From assembly GCA_965261545.1 (NCBI GenBank), contig CBDHDF010000010.1, positions 672,001-736,000 of the forward strand: DNA of 64,000 bases. Direction: 5' to 3'. Positions 56,639 to 64,000 of the stretch are shown here, piece by piece. Source of the DNA: Bdellovibrionales bacterium. Its GTDB lineage: Bacteria > Bdellovibrionota > Bdellovibrionia > Bdellovibrionales > UBA1609. The notes under the pieces are model-generated. The model was not told where the DNA came from. It ran no database searches and saw only the letters and a list, made by a program, of their open reading frames with translations. How positions within the stretch are numbered: position 1 is the stretch's first letter; the number at the start of each line of letters is the position of its first letter. The position numbers were made by a program, and so were the translations under genes.

Positions 56639-59140
56639 TTAAAAGCTATAACTCAAACCAACACTATAAGTGCGCCCTTGGCGAAACCTTCTCGTCACCT
56701 TCTGCCCCTGAGTTCTTTGTACTTCAGGATTGAGTATATTTTTGACCTTGCCCTTCACCTTAATCTTAGTATTGGTGTTGGTGTTGCGATGAATGTTGCC
56801 AGAGAAAACAAAATCCATGGAAGAAATAGACTCTTGATACTCGTCAGGTCTTCCACCTGAACCCACACTGGTGATCCGACGACCCATGGAATTATACAGC
56901 AAAGTCCATGTGGTCTTCCACTCCAATAATTGAGCCTCACAGTCCACTTGCAAATTCACAATATAGGGGGACTGCCCTTGAAAGGGACGATTGAAAGTTG
57001 TCAACTGCCCTCTCCTTGTGGGCGAAATAGACATATTCGATTGAATCCAAGTATAATTCCCACCCACCGTCCAATGGTAGGGAAGTTTTTTTCTAAACTC
57101 AAGCTCCACACCCTCTGAGGCAGCCGTTCCTACATTGAGAAAGGTATATTGAGTGTCTGTGGTTTCCACAATGGTCCCATCTTCTTTGAGAGCACCAAAA
57201 ACCTCTTCGATGGGATTTATAAAGTTCTTCCTAAAATACCCCACAGATAAAATTTCTTCACGACGGGGAAACCACTCTAAACGCACACCGTAGTTTTTTA
57301 TTTCTGCTGGCTGAATATAGGGGTTACCTTGAAACTTAGCCCCCTTATCTAGGTCATACCAAGTTGTGTTGGAAATCTCCCTCAACTCTGGCCTTGAAAT
57401 GGTTTCACTGTAATTGGATCTCAGTTGTAACTGATCCCAAATATTCCATGTCATAGAAAGAACTGGAAAATAATCCTTTGTCTTCATCCTAGAAATGGTT
57501 TTTCCAGGGTTAAAAAGACGAAATGAGTTCACCTCCTGAACAGAATTCTCAAACCTTAAGCCCATCCCCCACACCCAAGAACCCAAGGACACCCTCAAAT
57601 TGCTAAAATAACTATCAAGAGTCTGGTGAGCTAAGTAGTTAGATGTGTTATTGGATTGCTGATAAAGCTCTGCTGAAGAGTCGGAAAAAATGGCGTTAGG
57701 CTTTTTTGTGGCCTCTAAATTTTCACCAAACTGAAAGTAAAAAATTCTTGATGAAAACTGTCGATATTTTTTCATGCGACTCCAACCCGAAATGAGTTTA
57801 GCCCCTATGGTTCTCGTAGCTTCCCCCGTTCCTATAGAACTCGTATAGAGAGGCTGCTCATAGGTCCATCCCCAAACCTTCATTTTATCAGGCATATAGC
57901 GCCAACTAACATTGTTTGAAGCAGAACCATTTTCAGTTTCCAGTTGAGACTCACCATCTATTTCCTTATAGGTATACATTTTATTATCCGGTTCATCCAA
58001 AAGAGCCTGGGAATAAGTGTAGTTATAATGAAGTTTTCCATGATTCATGGACTTCAATGTACTAACACCACGAAATTGATGGGCGCGAAGGGATCGTTCC
58101 CTCCAACCATGCTCCACCTTCTGATAAGCTTCACCCTCGGAATTCACTCCCAGAGACTCTTTCACAAAATTCGAAGTCTTACCCAACAAAGACCCACTAT
58201 AACCAAAATTGTGCTTCTTGTACTTAAGGCCCCATCCAAAAAGTCCTCCCCATTGAATCTTATTCTGACTCAAATGGACTGTGGACCGAGAGTCCTCCAC
58301 AAGCTCATCACTTTCTCGGTTGTAGCCAATGCGCTCTTTGGCATTAAAATCCCATTTGTTGGAATAAAGCACAGCTAAATTGTAGCCCCCAAGAACTTTG
58401 CCCCACTTCCACCTGTCTCCTATCCCCAAGCCCAAACCAAGGTTCTCCCTAGGTTGAGCCTTTTCAATGTCATAGGATTTATTGATTTCTTTGGCTAAGC
58501 CTTGCCTCTCTTGGGTGGGCAGACTAGAAATATTCACATGGGATTCCACATGGTGTCGGATAGGAGATGGTAGGCGTCGCCGCCGTCCACTGCGCCCCAG
58601 AAAGTCTCTCTTGCTCCCTCTATAAGTTTTCACAATCCTTTTCCCTCTGTCTCCCCCCCCTCCATCTAGCCGACCCAGAGAAAGGGAAAATTTCGTATAA
58701 GCCTTGGAGGGCAGATTTTTTGTCTTTATCAAGATTGTTCCCCCTCCAAACTCCCCCGGCATTTCAGGGGAATACCCCTTTTGCACCACTATATTTTCAA
58801 TGACACTAGCGGGAAATAAATCAAGTGGAATCACCCGACGAGAGGGATCCGGTGATGGCAAGTCCACGGAATTGAGAAGAGTTTTGGAATACCTCTCACC
58901 TAAACCACGAACATAAATATACTTTCCACCCACGAGACTAAGCCCTGTCACCCTTCGGAGGGAACTCCCCGCATGGGAATCACCCGACTTACCCATTTGC
59001 TCAGAACCAATGACATCGGCCACAGTTTGGTACCCTCGCCGCATTTTCAATAGTGCACTCACAGAACTTTCTTGAACTTGAGCCTCAGCCTGAGCCATGG
59101 GTAAGAAAGTCACAAAAATCACGAACCAAGGAGACCGCAT
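56639..59140 (-). CDS. TonB-dependent receptor
   Basis: Plug motif LRRVTGLSLVGGKYIYVRGLGERYS, GNPYIQPA, GQSPYIVN, C-terminal SVGLSYSF. ATG at 59140 preferred; the ORF extends to 59173. Confidence 0.92.
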   Translation of the reverse strand: MRSPWFVIFVTFLPMAQAEAQVQESSVSALLKMRRGYQTVADVIGSEQMGKSGDSHAGSSLRRVTGLSLVGGKYIYVRGLGERYSKTLLNSVDLPSPDPSRRVIPLDLFPASVIENIVVQKGYSPEMPGEFGGGTILIKTKNLPSKAYTKFSLSLGRLDGGGGDRGKRIVKTYRGSKRDFLGRSGRRRRLPSPIRHHVESHVNISSLPTQERQGLAKEINKSYDIEKAQPRENLGLGLGIGDRWKWGKVLGGYNLAVLYSNKWDFNAKERIGYNRESDELVEDSRSTVHLSQNKIQWGGLFGWGLKYKKHNFGYSGSLLGKTSNFVKESLGVNSEGEAYQKVEHGWRERSLRAHQFRGVSTLKSMNHGKLHYNYTYSQALLDEPDNKMYTYKEIDGESQLETENGSASNNVSWRYMPDKMKVWGWTYEQPLYTSSIGTGEATRTIGAKLISGWSRMKKYRQFSSRIFYFQFGENLEATKKPNAIFSDSSAELYQQSNNTSNYLAHQTLDSYFSNLRVSLGSWVWGMGLRFENSVQEVNSFRLFNPGKTISRMKTKDYFPVLSMTWNIWDQLQLRSNYSETISRPELREISNTTWYDLDKGAKFQGNPYIQPAEIKNYGVRLEWFPRREEILSVGYFRKNFINPIEEVFGALKEDGTIVETTDTQYTFLNVGTAASEGVELEFRKKLPYHWTVGGNYTWIQSNMSISPTRRGQLTTFNRPFQGQSPYIVNLQVDCEAQLLEWKTTWTLLYNSMGRRITSVGSGGRPDEYQESISSMDFVFSGNIHRNTNTNTKIKVKGKVKNILNPEVQRTQGQKVTRRFRQGRTYSVGLSYSF

Positions 59141-59156
59141 GACCCCATGCTGCCAC

Positions 59157-59211
59157 CTTAATATTGGTTTCATGTTACGTTCATATTGACTTCATGTTAG
59201 CTTAATATTGA
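59157..59211 (-). promoter_or_regulatory. five tandem 11-bp direct repeats (PhoB/OmpR-type operator-like)
   Basis: Plus strand: CTTAATATTGG TTTCATGTTAC GTTCATATTGA CTTCATGTTAG CTTAATATTGA, directly upstream of the TonB receptor. Confidence 0.6.
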
Positions 59212-59329
59212 TTTTTGCTTGCCCCTACTCATGGAGAGCGCTCTTTAGTATTTCAGTATTTCTCTGAATGCTGGGCCGCGCAAAGGTTCATTGCAAAACT
59301 GCTTAAATGCTTAGACGGAGGTATTTCCA

Positions 59330-60037
59330 ATGGGAAAGTCATGGAAAAATCCACTTAAAATAGCAACAGCCCAAAAAAAAGGACAAATCTTCACAAAATT
59401 TGCGAGGGAAATATCCGTCTCCGCTCGCATAGGGGGGCCGGATCCCAGCAGCAATGCCCGCTTAAAGTTAGCCATTCAGGCAGCACGGGCTCTCTCATGT
59501 CCCAAAGACACCATTGAGCGAGCCATTAAAAAAGGATCAGGCCAACTTGAAGGTAGTCATATTGAAGAAATCACCTATGAAGGTTATGGCCCCCAGCAAG
59601 TCGGCGTCATTGTTGAGTGCCAAACAGATAATAAGAATCGCTCGGTATCGACTCTGAGAAGCATTTTTAAGAAAAATGATGGAAGTCTTGGAAATTCAGG
59701 TAGCGTGAGCTGGATGTTCCATCGAATGTGCCTCGTCGAAGGTAAAAATGACAATATTCAAGACCCCGAAGAAGAAGCCATTGAGGCCGGAGCCAGTGAT
59801 GTGGAGACCAAGAATGACATAGACCACACCTATAGCTTTTATGGAGCCCCCACGGACCTGGACACCATTAGAAATACCTTGATGGAAAGAGGTTGGAGTA
59901 TCACTGTGGCAGAACTTTCCTATCGACCCAAAAATTTTACAGAAGTCGACGATGAAAAAAAAACTCAAGTTTATAACTTTTTGGAAGCCTTAGAAGACAA
60001 CGAAGACTCCCATAAAATTTACGCCACCATAGAATAA
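59330..60037 (+). CDS. yebC: YebC/PmpR family protein
   Basis: KGQIFTKFAREI, GGPDP, IERAIKKG, YEGYGP, TDNKNR, GSVSWMF. Confidence 0.93.
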   Translation: MGKSWKNPLKIATAQKKGQIFTKFAREISVSARIGGPDPSSNARLKLAIQAARALSCPKDTIERAIKKGSGQLEGSHIEEITYEGYGPQQVGVIVECQTDNKNRSVSTLRSIFKKNDGSLGNSGSVSWMFHRMCLVEGKNDNIQDPEEEAIEAGASDVETKNDIDHTYSFYGAPTDLDTIRNTLMERGWSITVAELSYRPKNFTEVDDEKKTQVYNFLEALEDNEDSHKIYATIE

Positions 60038-60054
60038 CCCAGTTTTGGGTTTTT
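60036..60054 (+). terminator. candidate intrinsic terminator
   Basis: AACCCA-GTTT-TGGGTT followed by TTT right after the yebC stop. Confidence 0.4.
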
Positions 60055-60065
60055 CAATACTAATA

Positions 60066-62294
60066 CTAAAGACCCATTGTAAAGCCCAATGTTATAAATT
60101 CACCTGAGAAGTCAAAGTCTTTGGACATAGAGGTGTAGGAGCGAACCTCCACAGTGAGCCATAGTGATTTGATTCCATAGTCTTGTTCCCACTCTTGAAG
60201 GACATCGGGACCGAGGAAATGAAATGAAAATGCACTACCTAGGGTGAAATGTCCCGCAAAAGCTCCTCCCCATTTCGTTTCTTGACCATCCTCTCGGAAT
60301 TCAACAAAAGGAAGGACCGTCGTGCCTCCATCCACATAGGGAACCCACATTTGATTTTTCCAGTACTGTATTTTGTAGGCCAAGCTAAAGCTTAAGGGGA
60401 GGGCCATAAATAGAAAAGACTCCCTAGGCTTTAGGTTTTTGGAATTTTCAAAGGCTCCATGCCCTCGTGAGGCCATAAAGCCAAATCCTGCTTTTAAGGA
60501 AAAAGGCCCCGTATAAGAGGGTTTCCAATCGTAATCGAGGAGAATAACAGGAACTTGTTTTTGATAAATTTCCGAAAAGAAAGTGTTTGTTTTTATATTT
60601 TTTAAATTCTCTGGAGAGAATATACCCAAGCGAATAGAGCCTAGGGGTGGAGGCTCTACAGAACTCAAAAAGGAGGCAGAACCTAGGGGAGATTTTTCTT
60701 CAGAAAAAGATTCTTCTTCAGAAAGAGCCCATTCTCCAAGAAAAAACGAACCGATAAAGATAAAGATAAAGCAAAAACGAATCATTGAGTGGCTAAAGAA
60801 TATAATGGCACAAGTGCCAAAAAGAAAAATGAGGGTTGTGGTGACCAATCCTACTTTAAGGGAGACCTTTGCAAACACCCATAGGGGCCAGAGCACCCAT
60901 CTCGTCCACTGGCGAAGGGTGGGGTAGGTCGCCAGTTTTTGAGCCACAAAAGGACTGTATTTGTAGTAAAGGCCGGTAAGGTATTGACCTGCGGAGTGAG
61001 AAAGAAGAAAGCGATTTCTAAATTGTCGGAAAGTTTTGACCTTGGGAGCGAACTGAGAGCCATAAGCTGCTGTGGCAATAAAACAATTGAAATCCTTTGA
61101 AAGAAGTCCTGAAACATTTTCTGGAATGACGGCATAGGGGCAGTCTTGAGCATCAAAATGCTCGCCTTCAGGATCACAAACCTTAAGGCCATTAACCTCG
61201 ATATTTTTAATATAATCTTCATTACTAAAATACGCAATATTATTGGTCTCATCCACAACGGCCAAGCGAAAATAGTAGGTAACACCGTTTTTTAAACCCA
61301 TAATGGCTTCACTCTTGAGTTTAAATTTCTTGGTGCTACTCCCGCTTTCGTCTCCATTGTTGGCATCACTTTCGTCATTGCCATTTTGACCTTGGTCGCC
61401 CCCACTACTATCGCTATCGTTGTTATTTCCACCGCTGTTGCTGTTATCTCCATTATTATTGTTTTCACTATCATTGGATACAAGCAAATCTAGATCTACG
61501 TAAAAGCTGTCCCCTTGTCCCGGAAGGGCTGATGTGAAGTTCGTTTCAGAGATATAAACCCTCAGCCGGTCAAATTGAATCAATCCAGATGTACTGAACC
61601 TAGGGTGACCAAATTTCAGCTGTGTGATAAATACCTTTTCATCTCCAGGAAAAGCCACAAAGTAACAGGCTCCATTGGTGGTGTTTTCACTGTAGCAATC
61701 CCCCACCGTATTAATGTTGATTTGGTCTTCAGGTTGATTGACAAAGACTCGAAGAGTCCCCACATCATCTTCGTTATCTCCCAAATCTCCATCTCCATTG
61801 CCATCAACCCCCACAGTGAGCGTGGTATTGATATTTTTATAGCAACCACTTATACCGGTGGCACGGCAGATATCTCCCCATGTTGTGGTGACCTTGGCAT
61901 GGGTGCCCATAGGTGTGGTATCACTGGTTTCAAAAAGAACTTTATGGCTGCTACTTTCTAAAATTATTATCACCCCAGAGGTGGAGTCCGAGGAGACATC
62001 TATTTTAAGCTCGGTATCATCGTAAATGCGCATTTCATTGCACGCGAGGGCTAAGTCGCTCACACAGTTATTACATGTGTCCGCATCCTGGCATAAAGTA
62101 TCTGACCCAGCAATGCCACCAAATATTTTTATTTCGTTGCCTGACCCCTCCAAAGGCATATTGAGATTGGAATAACCAGAGATATTATTGACAGAGATCG
62201 CCCCTTGGGAGAGTCCGCATAAGGAGAGCATGAACCAAAAAACACATGGGATGTATATGAGTTTTTGATCTTTTATGATTTTGAGCAACTGCAT
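60066..62294 (-). CDS. secreted Cys-containing protein with internal CFI-box-CTERM domain fused to a C-terminal outer-membrane beta-barrel-like domain
   Basis: Signal peptide, NCFIATAAYGS...FRQFRNRFL...YYKYSP, hydrophobic segment, then about 240 aa of amphipathic strands. Confidence 0.75.
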   Translation of the reverse strand: MQLLKIIKDQKLIYIPCVFWFMLSLCGLSQGAISVNNISGYSNLNMPLEGSGNEIKIFGGIAGSDTLCQDADTCNNCVSDLALACNEMRIYDDTELKIDVSSDSTSGVIIILESSSHKVLFETSDTTPMGTHAKVTTTWGDICRATGISGCYKNINTTLTVGVDGNGDGDLGDNEDDVGTLRVFVNQPEDQININTVGDCYSENTTNGACYFVAFPGDEKVFITQLKFGHPRFSTSGLIQFDRLRVYISETNFTSALPGQGDSFYVDLDLLVSNDSENNNNGDNSNSGGNNNDSDSSGGDQGQNGNDESDANNGDESGSSTKKFKLKSEAIMGLKNGVTYYFRLAVVDETNNIAYFSNEDYIKNIEVNGLKVCDPEGEHFDAQDCPYAVIPENVSGLLSKDFNCFIATAAYGSQFAPKVKTFRQFRNRFLLSHSAGQYLTGLYYKYSPFVAQKLATYPTLRQWTRWVLWPLWVFAKVSLKVGLVTTTLIFLFGTCAIIFFSHSMIRFCFIFIFIGSFFLGEWALSEEESFSEEKSPLGSASFLSSVEPPPLGSIRLGIFSPENLKNIKTNTFFSEIYQKQVPVILLDYDWKPSYTGPFSLKAGFGFMASRGHGAFENSKNLKPRESFLFMALPLSFSLAYKIQYWKNQMWVPYVDGGTTVLPFVEFREDGQETKWGGAFAGHFTLGSAFSFHFLGPDVLQEWEQDYGIKSLWLTVEVRSYTSMSKDFDFSGEFITLGFTMGL

Positions 62295-62326
62295 AAGCTA
62301 TATTTATCTTGGGCCGACTTGAAAGT

Positions 62327-62381
62327 CAAACCTGAGACGAATTGAAGAGCAAACCTGAGGCGGATCGAAGAACAAACCTGA
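62327..62381. repeat. imperfect 23-bp tandem repeat
   Basis: CAAACCTGAGACGAATTGAAGAG / CAAACCTGAGGCGGATCGAAGAA / CAAACCTGA. Confidence 0.75.
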
Positions 62382-62415
62382 ACAAACGAAACGTCAAAGT
62401 GAGGGGGGTTGAAAG

Positions 62416-63270
62416 TTAAAGTCTCTTGTGGTCATCCTTACTTATGTTTATATTTATGTTTTTAGATTTTCTTTTTCCGGCCTTGAGAAGACCAAAAAAG
62501 GCTCCAATGAGAGCATAGGTGAGAAAGAGTATAAATAATGTGACTTCAGGGTGTATAGCGATAACAGCGATAATGAAGACCCCTCCTACGAGATACCTAA
62601 AGGGCATTCTTCTTTTAAGCTCCAAGTCCTTAAAATTTTTATAATTGAAACTCGTCACCATGACAAAGCCAAGAAGAAAAGTCATGCCAAGAAGAAAAAA
62701 GGACCCGTAAGGGGAGAATTGTAAATCTGTAAAAGCGAGGACCGCACTCGCGACAATTCCGCCCGCCATGGGAGATGGAAGCCCTTGGAAGTAGGGAGAG
62801 TTTGTCACTTCTTGGTGAACATTGAAGCGTGCGAGTCGTAAGGCCCCACATGCCACATAGAAAAAACTAGCCAACCAACCAATGCGTCCAAGGGGCTGGA
62901 GAGACCAAAGAAATAAGAGCAAACTGGGAGCCACACAAAAGCTTAGGAGGTCACTGAGGGAGTCGTATTGAGCGCCGAATCGGCTCGTTGTGTTTGTCAT
63001 TCGAGCCACGCGTCCGTCGAGGAGGTCAAAGGCGGCGGCTGCCACAATGGCATAGGCCGCTAGGGTAAACCTTCCCTCAATGGCCTGAATGATTCCATAA
63101 AAGCCAAAGAACATATTTAAAGTCGTCAGCAGATTGGGGAGAATGTAAATATTGACATTGAAATGACGGAGTTTTTTAGCTCTTTTCTCGATCACCCTGA
63201 GAGGTCTCTGGCCTCTATTGGTTTGATTCATCTTGTGCAGCCACCTAGAACCACCTTGGTTTGTTGCCAC
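62416..63270 (-). CDS. pssA: CDP-diacylglycerol--serine O-phosphatidyltransferase
   Basis: LPNLLT, DLLDGRVAR...FGAQYDSLSD CDP-alcohol motif, ALRLARFN, FQGLPSP. Start uncertain. Confidence 0.93.
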   Translation of the reverse strand: MATNQGGSRWLHKMNQTNRGQRPLRVIEKRAKKLRHFNVNIYILPNLLTTLNMFFGFYGIIQAIEGRFTLAAYAIVAAAAFDLLDGRVARMTNTTSRFGAQYDSLSDLLSFCVAPSLLLFLWSLQPLGRIGWLASFFYVACGALRLARFNVHQEVTNSPYFQGLPSPMAGGIVASAVLAFTDLQFSPYGSFFLLGMTFLLGFVMVTSFNYKNFKDLELKRRMPFRYLVGGVFIIAVIAIHPEVTLFILFLTYALIGAFFGLLKAGKRKSKNININISKDDHKRL

Positions 63271-63457
63271 CCATCATGGGGGCGAAAGTTTCCCAACAGC
63301 GACCACGGGAAGGTAAAACCGCCCAAAAAATAATCACTTGGAGAAAGCCTGAACGATACAGTGACTTTGTGGGATCTCATAGGTGAGGTCAAGCACCAGT
63401 GCGTTAGTATGTCGGGTGAGGGGTCTTCCGGCCTCTTTCTTGCAACGCATATAAAGT

Positions 63458-64000
63458 ATGTACCATAGAACTTTCCATAAAACTTTCCATAGAGCTTTCA
63501 ATAAGAATACCTATAAAGTTTCCCATCAAGCCCCATGTTTTTCATGGATATGGCACGGAGTGGTTTTGAGCTTACTTAGCATGAGTTCTCCGCTATACGG
63601 GGGGAACGCTAATTATGTAGACTTTACCTATGGACAACATGATGGATACCTTTTGAATGTTGGCAAAGAAAAGCATAGGAAGGATAGGGATATCTTTTTT
63701 GTCACAACGCCACAGATTTATGAAAAAGGCTCACAAGAAGATATCATTTTTAATACAAAGCTTAAAAAAGACATTACAGATGAATATGAAAGAAAGTTTG
63801 GTTACCCAGATATAGAGCGGAACTGGAAGGCACCCTCCTCACTGGAAGCCTTGGACAATGAAAAATCTCGCAGTGAAAAAAAACAAACACTTTATCGCAA
63901 AGAAAGATTTGGAAAGTACATGGGGAGAAAAATACTAGAATATCATTTCGATGACTACTTTAAATCACGCTCCTCAACAAAAGTTATTTATGAGGTCAAA
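63458..64000 (+). CDS. hypothetical protein, truncated by the window edge
   Basis: Manual reading: open frame from ATG 63458 (alternative ATG 63581) to the end of the window, with a hydrophobic stretch VVLSLLSM. Not in the ORF track because it has no stop in the window. Confidence 0.6.
   Translation, partial: MYHRTFHKTFHRAFNKNTYKVSHQAPCFSWIWHGVVLSLLSMSSPLYGGNANYVDFTYGQHDGYLLNVGKEKHRKDRDIFFVTTPQIYEKGSQEDIIFNTKLKKDITDEYERKFGYPDIERNWKAPSSLEALDNEKSRSEKKQTLYRKERFGKYMGRKILEYHFDDYFKSRSSTKVIYEVK

Noticed and set aside
63271..63457. Possible structured RNA or tRNA between pssA and the last ORF
   Set aside because: No cloverleaf, T-loop motif or recognisable riboswitch consensus found by eye; an Infernal/Rfam scan would settle it.

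Overview
A 64-kb bacterial chromosomal segment. Gene content (FHA-sigma54 activator, PhaR-like regulator, REC-J-like-TPR protein, CFI-box-CTERM surface protein, many orphan lipoproteins) suggests a Bdellovibrionota-like organism; this is inference, no search was run. Most of it is housekeeping or metabolism: mpg, glmU-glmS, putA, pdxH, cystathionine beta-synthase, RidA, a peptide ABC transporter, rpmG, hmgA, ribD, recQ, nfeD/SPFH, pstSCA, yebC and pssA. No rRNA, tRNA, CRISPR array or transposase was seen. Two loci stand out. (1) 45528-50448: a PilZ-like domain fused to an alpha-oxoamine-synthase-family PLP enzyme (split by two +1 frameshifts), then a 7TM histidine kinase translationally coupled to a receiver/class III cyclase with non-canonical active-site residues. 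This is a candidate signal-synthase/sensor/second-messenger cassette reminiscent of Cqs/Lqs quorum sensing. (2) 22222-27664: a divergent Hsp70, a Zn-ribbon/TM/LysM protein, a helical protein ending in a cryptic HPD-less J-like domain, and a GrpE-like protein, which looks like a specialised chaperone-derived system. Also notable are a secreted protein with about 27 DEGDDT repeats, an orphan DNA methyltransferase, a 5x11-bp Pho-box-like array before a TonB-dependent receptor, a CFI-box-CTERM/beta-barrel fusion, and pervasive short imperfect tandem duplications inside genes and at gene boundaries.
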